Of a DNA stretch of 51,814 bases, positions 9,328-17,646 are shown in pieces (within the stretch, counting starts at the first letter, position 1; each line of letters begins with the position of its first letter). The position numbers and the translations under genes are program-made. The notes beneath the pieces were generated by a model, which searched no databases, was not told the origin of the DNA, and was given only the letters and a program-made list of their open reading frames with translations. The stretch comes from Pseudomonadota bacterium (lineage in GTDB: Bacteria; Myxococcota; Myxococcia; Myxococcales; Myxococcaceae), in the NCBI GenBank assembly GCA_039800145.1, contig JBDLRJ010000089.1:1-51814 (forward strand), read 5' to 3'.

Positions 9328-10267
9328 GGGGTGTCTCGAGCTTCTGCAGGCGCGCGCGCAGCGCCGTAGGGTTGGAGAGGACCTGCCTCAGTTCCTCCAA
9401 CTCGTCCTGCAGCGCCGAGATGTCCACCGTCAGGGTCGTCACCTCGGTGAACTGCGTGCGCACGTCCGTGTGGTCGGACTCCGACTGGAGCTCCGCGAGC
9501 TGCTCGGAGAGTTCCACGCACTGCTTCCGGGAGGACTCCAGCTTCCGGGCCAGCCCGTCCCGCTCCTTCTCCGCCACGGCGAGCCGGTGCTTGAGCTCCT
9601 TGAGGTCCCCGTCCTGGCGCTCGAGCTCGAGCTCGCGGTCGTCCGCCACCTCCTGGGCCTGGAGGGCCTGCTCGCGGAGGGCATCGGCCTCGGCCTGTGC
9701 CTCGTCCACGGCAAGACGGAGCCCGGCGAGCTCCGCCTCGAGCACCACCCGCGCGTTGGCCTCCTTGGCGAGCTTGCGCTCCATCTCGGCGCGCGCCGCG
9801 CGGTCGTCCGGGACCTTGCGCGCCAGGGCTGCCTGCTCCCGCAGCCGCCGCTCGAGCTCCGCGTTCTCGGCCTTGAGCTTCACGAGAGAGCCGTCGATGC
9901 GGTTGCGCTTGTCGCGCTCGGACGAGAGCTGGTTCTCCACCGCGGCGAGATCCCTCGTGAGCTCCTTCCGCTCCCGCTCGGCCTCCTTCGCATCCACCGC
10001 TGCAGCCTTCGCCTCGGCCGCGGCCGCCTTGCGGCGATCCTCTGAATCGGCGAGCGACGCGCGGGCACGCTCGAGCTCGGAAGCCAGGCGGGCATACAGG
10101 CCGCGGGCGCGCTGCAGCGTGTCCGACTTCAGCTTCACCACCTCGCGGAGGTACTCGAGCTTCTCCTCCGGACCTCCCCCCCGGGGCGGCTTCGGCTCGG
10201 GCGGTTCCGAGAACGGATCGTCAACGGCGTTGCGACGCGTCGGCAGTGGGGGCGGGGCGCTGCTCAT
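9311..10267 (-). CDS. Coiled-coil protein of unknown function (E/R/A/L-rich, heptad-like)
   Basis: Track ORF of 318 aa. A Pro-rich N-terminus is followed by about 270 aa of uninterrupted coiled-coil-type sequence (..ELERRLREQAALARK..LELERQDGDLKELKHRLAVAEKERDGLARKLE..). Its 3' end overlaps the hemW start by 17 nt, implying co-transcription. Confidence 0.65.
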   Translation of the reverse strand: MSSAPPPLPTRRNAVDDPFSEPPEPKPPRGGGPEEKLEYLREVVKLKSDTLQRARGLYARLASELERARASLADSEDRRKAAAAEAKAAAVDAKEAERERKELTRDLAAVENQLSSERDKRNRIDGSLVKLKAENAELERRLREQAALARKVPDDRAARAEMERKLAKEANARVVLEAELAGLRLAVDEAQAEADALREQALQAQEVADDRELELERQDGDLKELKHRLAVAEKERDGLARKLESSRKQCVELSEQLAELQSESDHTDVRTQFTEVTTLTVDISALQDELEELRQVLSNPTALRARLQKLETPRGRHR

Positions 10268-10315
10268 GGACGGGCACGCAGCGTAGCCCAGCCTGATAGC
10301 CTCCGTCCCGGCACC

Positions 10316-11716
10316 ATGCGACTACTCCCCCACCTCGCCCTGCTCCTGCTCGTGTCCGCTGCACCGTCCGCCGAGGCGGCGAAGACGAAGGCACGGGCGC
10401 AGAAGGAGCGGCCCGCGCTCCCGGCGTGGAGCCCGCCCTCGACGCCGCTGCTCCAGCCCGGCGACAAGGTGGTCATCCTCGGGGACAGCATCACCGTGGC
10501 GCACACCTGGACGCGCAACGTGGAGAGCTACTTCCGGCTGCGCCACCCGGACATCTCGCTGGTGTTCATCAACGCGGGCATCGGGGGGCACACGGCGCAG
10601 GACGGGCTCAACCGGCTGCAGCGGGACGTGCTCGCGCACAAGCCATCCGTGGTGCTGGTGAACTTCGGGATGAACGACGCGGGGTACCCGGCAGGGACGG
10701 ACGGCGGCGCGTTCGAGCGGAACATGGAGGAGATCCACCGCCGGCTCGAGGCCGCGGGGGTCCGCCTGGTCGCGTGGATTGAGCCGACGCCGTGTGAGCT
10801 CGAGGGGGCGGGCAAGCGCAGCGGCGTGCGCGCGCGGGACGAACGGCTCGCCGCCTGGGGCCCGCACGTGCTTGGCCAGCCGAAGCGCACGGGGCGCGTG
10901 GTGGTGCCGTGGCGGGTGCCGGTGTTGGACGCCATGGCGAGCTGGCGCGCGGCCACGGGCAACCCGCTCATCCCGGACCGCATCCACCCCTCTGCGCCCG
11001 CGCACGGGGTGATGGCGGCGAAGGTGCTGCAGGGACTCGGCTACCCGGTTGCGACGCCCGCGGTGACGAGCCGCGTCGAGAAGGGGCAGCTGCGCACGCG
11101 CGTCGCCGCGGGAGTGGCCGAGGTGTCCGTCCCGTTCGACGGGAACGCGCCCGTGAAGGTGGATCTGCGCCGCGCGGTGCCGCCGCTGCTCTTCACGCAG
11201 GGGCCCGAGGAGGCGAAGAACCTGGGAAGCGCCGAGGTATCCGCGCTTCGTGCACTGCCGTGGAAGGTGACGGGGCTCCCGGAAGGAAGGAGCTACCGCG
11301 TGTTGCTCGGGACGGAACAGGTGGGCGTGTTCTCGTCCGCGGAGCTCGCCGAGGGCGTGGACCTCATGGCGCAGGCGCAGCGGGTGAAGCCGCCGGCGGT
11401 GAACCCCACCATGGGCACCACGGATGTGGCGCAGGGCCCCGATGCGCTGATGGAGCAGTGCGCTGACGGCCCCGGCAATCCCTTCACGCGGGACTTCGAC
11501 TGCGCGTTCCGGCTGCTGTTCCAGAAGGACCAGCTGCGGCTGGCGCTGCGGCCCGAGCGGACGTACGGCTTCCCGGCGTTCGTCCCGGAATACCGCGAGG
11601 AGTTCAACGCGCTCGCGGGACGGTGGATCGAGGCAACCGACACCGAGCTCGCCGTGAAGCTGGCTGCGTTCCGCGACCGGCCGCACCTGCTGCAGTTGGT
11701 GCCGGTGGGCCAGTAG
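10316..11716 (+). CDS. Secreted SGNH/GDSL-family hydrolase with a C-terminal extension
   Basis: Track ORF of 466 aa. It has a signal peptide (MRLLPHLALLLLVSAAPSAEA). SGNH blocks I (VVILGDSIT), II (NAGIGGHT), III (NFGMND) and V (DRIHP) are present. Confidence 0.85.
   Translation: MRLLPHLALLLLVSAAPSAEAAKTKARAQKERPALPAWSPPSTPLLQPGDKVVILGDSITVAHTWTRNVESYFRLRHPDISLVFINAGIGGHTAQDGLNRLQRDVLAHKPSVVLVNFGMNDAGYPAGTDGGAFERNMEEIHRRLEAAGVRLVAWIEPTPCELEGAGKRSGVRARDERLAAWGPHVLGQPKRTGRVVVPWRVPVLDAMASWRAATGNPLIPDRIHPSAPAHGVMAAKVLQGLGYPVATPAVTSRVEKGQLRTRVAAGVAEVSVPFDGNAPVKVDLRRAVPPLLFTQGPEEAKNLGSAEVSALRALPWKVTGLPEGRSYRVLLGTEQVGVFSSAELAEGVDLMAQAQRVKPPAVNPTMGTTDVAQGPDALMEQCADGPGNPFTRDFDCAFRLLFQKDQLRLALRPERTYGFPAFVPEYREEFNALAGRWIEATDTELAVKLAAFRDRPHLLQLVPVGQ
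11348..11707 (+). repeat. Direct repeat copy 1 (360 bp): the 3' end of the intact SGNH gene
   Basis: Aligns without gaps to 13587..13946 (offset 2239 bp). I count 15 mismatches out of 360. Homology breaks sharply at both ends. Confidence 0.9.
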
Positions 11717-11733
11717 CCGTCACGGATGCTGCC

Positions 11734-13500
11734 TCACTGCGCACACCGGAAGCCAATGAGATCATTCCGAACCGTTGCATTGATGCCGGAACGGAAGGAC
11801 GAAAGGAGGTACTCCTCAACTTCGTCGCCCCAGGAACCGCCACGGATTTCTCCGCTTTCTGCAGTCCACTCCCACACATTCCCTGACAGGTCATGGATGC
11901 CGTTCAGGGATGCCCCCAGAGTGTACGTACCCACAGGCGCCGTGCCGTCGCTGGATTTCCACTTCGCGCGTGTAGCGTCTGGTCGCTGACCGCCCCACGG
12001 GTATCGCGTCCGCCCACCGTTGCTCGCTGCGAAGTGCCACTCGTTCCATCCCGGGAGCCTCTTTCCCTGCGCCTTGCAGTACGCATCCGCCTGCATCCAG
12101 TCCACGCAGTTGATGGGGTGCTGCTCCTTGCCACTCACCTTCCAGTTGCACTGTTCACCCGTATTCGGCTCCGTGCACTTTCCGGTGTTCACGCATTCGA
12201 AGTAGGCAGCCACCGTCACTTCCGTCACGTCCAGCTTAAATGGGAGCATTCGCACGCTCCCCGCAATGGCCACCATCCCTGCGCTCTTCCCTCTGCCTGG
12301 GTTCGCCGTCAGCACCGTCACCTTTCCATCTTCCAGTTTCAGCTCTTCTCGCCACTCACCGCTGCCCACGTGCACTGCGACTTCCCGGCTGCAGACCGGC
12401 ACCTTCAGCGTGGCCCCGGCCTCCCCCACCTCCTTGCCGTCCACTCGCACCGTGGTTTCCAGGTCGTTCCCCTTCTCGTCCACGGCGTTCACCTTGAGTC
12501 CCGCCAACTTCGGCTTCGCCACGAGACGCAAAGTCCGCCTTTCGCCCGGCTTGATGGCGATCCGCTCCCCGGTGCGCACGTAACACCCGTCCGACACCGC
12601 GACCTCGACGGTCCCTTCGTCCACTTCCCGCGCGCTGATGGGCGTCTTGCCGATGTCCGCGCCGTCCACGCTCACGGACAGTCCTGGCACGTCCGTCTCG
12701 ATGGTCAGCCACCCGAACCGAGGCGCGAGCGTCCCACGCACCACCGCCCCCTTCGTTGCAATGCCGTTCAGTCGCGAAGCGGAGTAGCGCTCCTTCTGGA
12801 AGAGCACCTCGTGCCGTCCACTCGCAATCCGCTTGCTGCACGGCGTGGACTGGCAGAGCAGTTCGCCGTCCACGCTCACCGTGGCCCCGGCAGGCTCGCT
12901 CTCGAACTTCACCACCACCTCCTCGCCCTCCTGCACGACCACGTCCTTGCCCGAGTCTCCGAAGCTGCCCAGCTGCACGGTGGGCTGCGCCTTCGTTGCC
13001 GCCGGCCTCGCGTTCCCGAGCCCGAACGCAGTTCGGAGCAACTCCTCCGTCGTCGGGCGAATTAACTCCAGCAGCGCCAACTCCTTCGCCGCGATCACGC
13101 GCTTCTGCCCGAGCAACTGCCCCTTCCGGGTCTCGTAGACCTTCAGCGACAGCACCAGCTGCCCGTCGAGAGCCGTCACGTTCCCCGTGACGAACAGGTC
13201 CACGCCGAGGTTACGGGCCGTCTCCACCTCGCACTCCCCCTCCTGGCACTTGCCGCCCGTCGCCTTCAGCACCTCCAGCATGTTCTCACGCGTGATGACG
13301 ATGGCCCCTTCTGCCCGCGTCACGTCCGCCACCGCTCCGCGGCAGTCGTCCGACAGCACGCCGGGTGCCCGGAGTTGCGTCCCGGAATCCAGCGAGAACT
13401 CGAGGACAGCGATCTTCTTCCCGTCCAGCGCTCCAGCCCTCTGCGCCGACGCGGCGAGAGACAGGAGGCCGAAGACAGCGACGACGAAGCGCGTGGACAT
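11734..13500 (-). CDS. Exported multidomain protein: CsgG/LpoB-like N-terminal module (tentative), 2 PEGA domains and a C-terminal FGE-sulfatase (SUMF1-type) domain
   Basis: Track ORF 11734..13560, with the start taken at ATG 13500 (MSTRFVVAVFGLLSLAASAQ signal peptide). PEGA motifs are FESEPAGATVSVDGELLCQSTPC and ETDVPGLSVSVDGADIGKTPI. The FGE-domain blocks are HPINCVDWMQADAYCKAQGKRLPGWNEW, NVWEWT, RGGSW and IGFRC. A/T-ending codons (gaa, gga, cga, att, aat) are visibly more frequent than in neighbouring genes. Confidence 0.8.
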   Translation of the reverse strand: MSTRFVVAVFGLLSLAASAQRAGALDGKKIAVLEFSLDSGTQLRAPGVLSDDCRGAVADVTRAEGAIVITRENMLEVLKATGGKCQEGECEVETARNLGVDLFVTGNVTALDGQLVLSLKVYETRKGQLLGQKRVIAAKELALLELIRPTTEELLRTAFGLGNARPAATKAQPTVQLGSFGDSGKDVVVQEGEEVVVKFESEPAGATVSVDGELLCQSTPCSKRIASGRHEVLFQKERYSASRLNGIATKGAVVRGTLAPRFGWLTIETDVPGLSVSVDGADIGKTPISAREVDEGTVEVAVSDGCYVRTGERIAIKPGERRTLRLVAKPKLAGLKVNAVDEKGNDLETTVRVDGKEVGEAGATLKVPVCSREVAVHVGSGEWREELKLEDGKVTVLTANPGRGKSAGMVAIAGSVRMLPFKLDVTEVTVAAYFECVNTGKCTEPNTGEQCNWKVSGKEQHPINCVDWMQADAYCKAQGKRLPGWNEWHFAASNGGRTRYPWGGQRPDATRAKWKSSDGTAPVGTYTLGASLNGIHDLSGNVWEWTAESGEIRGGSWGDEVEEYLLSSFRSGINATVRNDLIGFRCAQ

Positions 13501-13586
13501 GGGCGGTGAATACCATGCCCACAGCCGGGCCCTCCCACGGGGCCGAGCCCCTGGGCCCACTTCTCACGAAGGCGAATGCGGCGCGT

Positions 13587-13952
13587 GCCGAGGGCATGGA
13601 CCTCATGGCGCAGGCGCAGCGCGTGAAGCCGCCGGCGGTGAACCCCACCATGGGCTCCACGGATGTGGCGCAGGGCCCCGATGCGCTGATGGAGCAGTGC
13701 GCTGACGGCCCCGGCAATCCCTTCACGCGGGACTTCGACTGCGCGTTCCGGCTGCTGTTCCAGAAAGACCAGCTGCGGCTGGCGCTGCGTCCCGAGCGGA
13801 CGTACGGCTTCCCGGCGTTCGTCCCGGAGTACCGCGAGGAGTTCAACGCGCTCGCGGGCCGGTGGGTGGAGGCGACGGACACTGAGCTCGCCGTGAAGTT
13901 GGCTGCGTTCCGGGACCGGCCTCACCTGCTGCAGTTGGTGCCGGTGCCCTAG
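13587..13952 (+). pseudogene. Orphan 3' fragment (about 120 codons plus stop) of an SGNH-hydrolase gene; direct repeat copy 2
   Basis: Translates in frame to AEGMDLMAQAQRVKPPAVNPTMGSTDVAQGPDALMEQCADGPGNPFTRDFDCAFRLLFQKDQLRLALRPERTYGFPAFVPEYREEFNALAGRWVEATDTELAVKLAAFRDRPHLLQLVPVP*. This is near-identical to the C-terminus of the 10316..11716 product. No upstream SGNH catalytic part is present. Upstream of 13587 the frame is antisense to the FGE-PEGA gene start. Confidence 0.8.
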
Positions 13953-14830
13953 GTGTCGTCTTCGGCGACGTAGGTGTGCAGCCGATCCAGGCGCAGCACC
14001 CTGCCGGACGGGGTCTGCTCAAACACGTCCGCGAACCGGGCGCCGTAGACGACAGATTCCCAGTCGTACGCGTGGCGCGCGTGGACCGTCTGCATGAGGA
14101 CCTCGTCCGTGCCAGACACCGTGACGATGAGCGCTGCATTGGCAGCGCGGACCTCGTCCGGGGACAACCCGTGGAGCGGGCTGGATGCGTCGATGGTGTG
14201 CATCAGGGTCCAGGAGAGCGCGAACATCACGCTGCTGTCGCGTTGCAGCGGCAGCTCATGCATCCGTCGGAACCGGGCGCCCTCGGCAGTCACCTCGTCG
14301 CGAAGGAGGACCAGCCGCGCGGTGGCTGACATGATCCGGTTGTTCCGCTCGTTGGCAATCCGCACCATGAGCACCGGCGCGTCGTTCACGGTCCCGACCA
14401 ACGCGGTGTGCGAGAAGCGAATCCGCGCCGTGGGACGCGCGAACTTGGCGAACACGAGCCCCGTCGTCAGCGCCGCGGACAGCATCCCGCCGAAGGCCTC
14501 GAGCGAGACAACGAGGTTGGCCGCGGTGCCACGCGGGGTCATCACCCCGTACCCGATGGTGGCCATGGTCTGGACGCTGAAGAAGAAGGCGTCCTCGAAG
14601 TTGCCCGGATGCGCCTGGGCGATGACGTCCCCCAACGCCAGGTACACGCAGGCGAACAGGACGTTGTAGCCAACGAAGACCAGGGCCAGGAACGCGGTGG
14701 TCGCCCCCCAGGAGGCGGTCATCAGCCGGTGGAACAGGTCCTCGAGAGGGTGGTCCCCCACGCCCACCCGGCGCAGGAAATCCGGGCGATCGAGTTGGGA
14801 GACCCGCGGTGCTGGCGTGACTTCACGCAT
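13949..14830 (-). CDS. Inward-rectifier-type potassium channel (KirBac family)
   Basis: Track ORF of 293 aa. It has two TM helices flanking a pore helix with the selectivity filter TIGYG (FFFSVQTMATIGYGVMTP), followed by a cytoplasmic Ig-like Kir C-terminal domain (VLMVRIANERNNRIMSATARLVLL..). Confidence 0.88.
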   Translation of the reverse strand: MREVTPAPRVSQLDRPDFLRRVGVGDHPLEDLFHRLMTASWGATTAFLALVFVGYNVLFACVYLALGDVIAQAHPGNFEDAFFFSVQTMATIGYGVMTPRGTAANLVVSLEAFGGMLSAALTTGLVFAKFARPTARIRFSHTALVGTVNDAPVLMVRIANERNNRIMSATARLVLLRDEVTAEGARFRRMHELPLQRDSSVMFALSWTLMHTIDASSPLHGLSPDEVRAANAALIVTVSGTDEVLMQTVHARHAYDWESVVYGARFADVFEQTPSGRVLRLDRLHTYVAEDDT

Positions 14831-15006
14831 AGGCGGGAAAGGTACGACGAAACGCGGCCGTCAGGGCACCGGCACCGACTGCAGCAGGTACGGGTGGTCG
14901 CCGAGCTGCTCTTCAATTCGAAGATCCCGGAACGCAAGCGAGGACGTCCCCGGAAGAACGCCAGGCGCCCTACCCGCTGAGCAACGCTTGCCGCCCCAAG
15001 GCCGGG

Positions 15007-17646
15007 GTGAGACCCTCGCGCCTCCCCATGCCCACGCTTTTCACGCTCTCCAACGGTCTCACCGTCGTCCACGAAGCGCACCACGCCGCACCGGTGGTGG
15101 CCGTCCAGTGCTGGGTGAAGGTCGGCAGCGCAGACGAGCGCGAGGACGAGGCGGGACTCGCCCACCTCCACGAGCACATGCTCTTCAAGGGCACCGCCAC
15201 GCGCGGGCCGGGGGAAATTGCCGCCGCCATCGAGGCGTCCGGTGGACACATCAACGCCTGGACGTCCTTCGATCAGACCGTCTACCACGTGGTGCTCGCC
15301 TCCCGGTTCGCGCGCATGGGCTTCGACGTGCTCTCGGACGCGCTCCGCCGCTCCGCCTTCGACGCGGGCGAGCTCGAGCGGGAAATCGAAGTGGTCTGCG
15401 AGGAGATCAAGCGCAGCGCGGACACCCCCGCGCGCCGGGCCTCGCGTGAACTCTACGACGTGAGCTTCACCACCCACCCGTACCGGCGACCCGTCATCGG
15501 CTGGGAGGGCACCGTCCGCAGCTTCACCCGCGAGAAGGTGCTCGGCTTCTACGCGCGCCACTACGCGCCGGAGAACATCGTCCTCGTCGTCACCGGAGAT
15601 CTCACCGAGGCCGACACGCGCGCGCTCTCGGAGCAGTACTTCGGCGGCGACTGGCAGCGCCCGTGGGTGACCCACCCGCCGCGCCCCGGGGAGCCCCCGC
15701 GCGAGGGCAACCGCGTGCGCCTCAAGTCGGACGACGTGAAGGAGGCCATCGTCCACGTGGGCTTCCCGCTCTGCGCAGTGGACCACCCGGACGTCCCCGC
15801 GCTCGACGTGCTCGCCATGCTCGTGGGCCAGGGCGACAGCTCCCGGCTCGCGCTCGAGGTGAAGCGCCGCAGGCAGCTCGTCCGCTCCGTCCACTGCTCC
15901 TCCTACACCCCGGAGGACCCCGGCCTCTTCACCCTCTCGCTCACGCTGCAGCCGGAGAAGCTCACCGAGGCGCTGGACGCCTCTCTCGCGCTGCTCCTCC
16001 ACGCGCGCAGCCATCCCGTGGACGAGGGCGAGCTGGCCACCGTGAAGGCGCTCGTGGAGGCCGAGGGCATCTACCAGCGCGAGACGGTCCAGGGCCTCGC
16101 CGAGAAGCTCGGCTACCACGCCTCCGGGAAGGGAGGCCTCGAGGCCGACGCGACGTACCGCGCCGCCGTCGCAGCGCTCACCCCCGCGGATCTCCAGCGC
16201 GTGGCACAGGCATGGCTCCGGCCAGAAGTTGCCTCGCTCACCGCGCTGCTGCCCGCCGGCACCGCTTTCACCGAGGACGACGCCCGCGCCGTGCTCGCGC
16301 GCGCCCATGCACCGGCCTCCGTCACCGTCCCGGCCCGCAAGCTCGCACCGGACGGCGCCCACACGCGCAGCGCCGGCGCCTCCGCCTCGGGCCAGCCGCT
16401 CGACCTACGCCTCTCCTCCGGCGCGCGGCTCATCGTCCGGCCGGAGCCCGGCATCCCGCTGGTCGCCCTCCGCGGCGCCTTCGTGGGTGGCAGCCGCCTC
16501 GAGGCGGACGAGACGTGCGGCCTCCACCACCTGCTCGCGCGCACCCTCACCCGCGGTACGCCGACGCTGGACGCCGAGCAGGTGTCGCACACATTGGACG
16601 ATCTTGCCGGGAGCCTCTCTGCCGCCGCGGGGCGCAACTCCCTCTCCGTCCGCGCCGAGTTCCTCTCGCGCCACCTGCAGCGCGGCTTCCGGCTCTTCTC
16701 GGACGTGACCCTGCGCCCCACCCTGCCCCCGGCAGAGCTGGAGCGCGAGCAGCAGCTCGTCCTGCAGGACATTTCCACCCGCGACGACAAGCCCTCGGGC
16801 CTCGCCTTCCACCTCTTCCACCAGGCCCTCTTCGAGCGCCACCCGTACCGGCTCCAGGTGGGCGGCGAGGCGGACTCCATCTCCGCGCTCACCCGCGAGG
16901 CCCTGCTCGCCCACCACGCCCGCTGGATGACGCCCTCGCGCCTGACGCTCGCGGTGGTGGGGGACGTCGATCCCCGCGAGGTGGTGGACCTGGCCGAGGA
17001 GTGCCTCGCCGCACCGAACGCCCCGCACGCGCCCGAGCCGACGCTGGCCGACGAGCCCGCGCCGACGTCCCCGCGCGTGAAGGTGCGGGAGCTGCCGCGC
17101 GCGCAGGTGCACCTCGTCTACGGGTTCCGCGGCGTCACGATGCGGGATCCCCGCCGCCGCGCGCTCGAGGTGCTCTCCACCGTCCTCTCCGGCCAGGGCG
17201 GCCGCCTCTTCGTGGAGCTGCGCGACAAGAAGTCGCTCGCGTACAGCCTCTCCAGCTACAGCGTGGAGGGACTCGAGCCCGGCTACTTCGCCGTCTACAT
17301 CGGCACCAGCCCGGAGAAGGTCCCCGAGGCGCTCTCCGGCATCCGCGCGGAGCTCCAGAAGGTGCGTGATGGCCGCATCAGCCAGGCGGAGCTGGACCGC
17401 GCGCGGCACCACCTCGTCGGGGCGCATGAGATCGGCCTGCAGCGCAACGGCGCCCGCGCCGGGCTGCTCGCGCTCGAGGCCGCCTACGGGCTCCCCGTCC
17501 AGGACGTGAAGGCGTTCGCCGAGGAGGTGATGGCCGTCACCGCGGATGAGGTCCGCGCCGTGGCGGAGGCGCTCATCACCTTCGACCGCTCGGCCCTGGG
17601 GGCGGTGGGCCGGGGGGTGGAGTCGCTCCTTCCGGCTCCACGCTGA
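15007..17646 (+). CDS. M16-family zinc metallopeptidase (insulinase/pitrilysin-like), four-domain double-length form
   Basis: Track ORF of 879 aa. The inverted zinc motif HxxEH is present (GLAHLHEHMLFKGT), and the second half repeats the inactive M16 fold. The start is GTG 15007, or ATG 15028 (MPTLFTLSNG..). Confidence 0.88.
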   Translation: MRPSRLPMPTLFTLSNGLTVVHEAHHAAPVVAVQCWVKVGSADEREDEAGLAHLHEHMLFKGTATRGPGEIAAAIEASGGHINAWTSFDQTVYHVVLASRFARMGFDVLSDALRRSAFDAGELEREIEVVCEEIKRSADTPARRASRELYDVSFTTHPYRRPVIGWEGTVRSFTREKVLGFYARHYAPENIVLVVTGDLTEADTRALSEQYFGGDWQRPWVTHPPRPGEPPREGNRVRLKSDDVKEAIVHVGFPLCAVDHPDVPALDVLAMLVGQGDSSRLALEVKRRRQLVRSVHCSSYTPEDPGLFTLSLTLQPEKLTEALDASLALLLHARSHPVDEGELATVKALVEAEGIYQRETVQGLAEKLGYHASGKGGLEADATYRAAVAALTPADLQRVAQAWLRPEVASLTALLPAGTAFTEDDARAVLARAHAPASVTVPARKLAPDGAHTRSAGASASGQPLDLRLSSGARLIVRPEPGIPLVALRGAFVGGSRLEADETCGLHHLLARTLTRGTPTLDAEQVSHTLDDLAGSLSAAAGRNSLSVRAEFLSRHLQRGFRLFSDVTLRPTLPPAELEREQQLVLQDISTRDDKPSGLAFHLFHQALFERHPYRLQVGGEADSISALTREALLAHHARWMTPSRLTLAVVGDVDPREVVDLAEECLAAPNAPHAPEPTLADEPAPTSPRVKVRELPRAQVHLVYGFRGVTMRDPRRRALEVLSTVLSGQGGRLFVELRDKKSLAYSLSSYSVEGLEPGYFAVYIGTSPEKVPEALSGIRAELQKVRDGRISQAELDRARHHLVGAHEIGLQRNGARAGLLALEAAYGLPVQDVKAFAEEVMAVTADEVRAVAEALITFDRSALGAVGRGVESLLPAPR

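Noticed and set aside
4933-9369. Very long track ORFs 4933..9369 (+, 1478 aa) and 6980..9019 (-, 679 aa).
   Set aside because: Both have extreme Arg/Gly/Ala/Pro composition with no hydrophobic cores or motifs. They overlap the motif-supported lipoprotein (4349..8116) and hemW genes.
13244-13249. TGGCAC hexamers, at 13244 and 23487 among others, as possible sigma-54 -24 elements.
   Set aside because: None is followed by TTGC at the required 5-nt spacing, and those noted at 13244 and 23487 lie inside coding regions.
13365-13586. The N-terminal part of track ORF 13365..13952 (+), which would make the repeat copy a full gene.
   Set aside because: This part reads antisense across the start of the FGE-PEGA gene, gives junk sequence (MPGVASRNPARTRGQRSSSR..) and has no similarity to the SGNH gene. 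Homology begins abruptly at 13587.
11708-13586. The inserted segment as a classical mobile element (IS, integron cassette or genomic island).
   Set aside because: I found no transposase, integrase or recombinase frame, no terminal inverted repeats and no adjacent tRNA. It is therefore reported as a recombination footprint, not annotated as a mobile_element.
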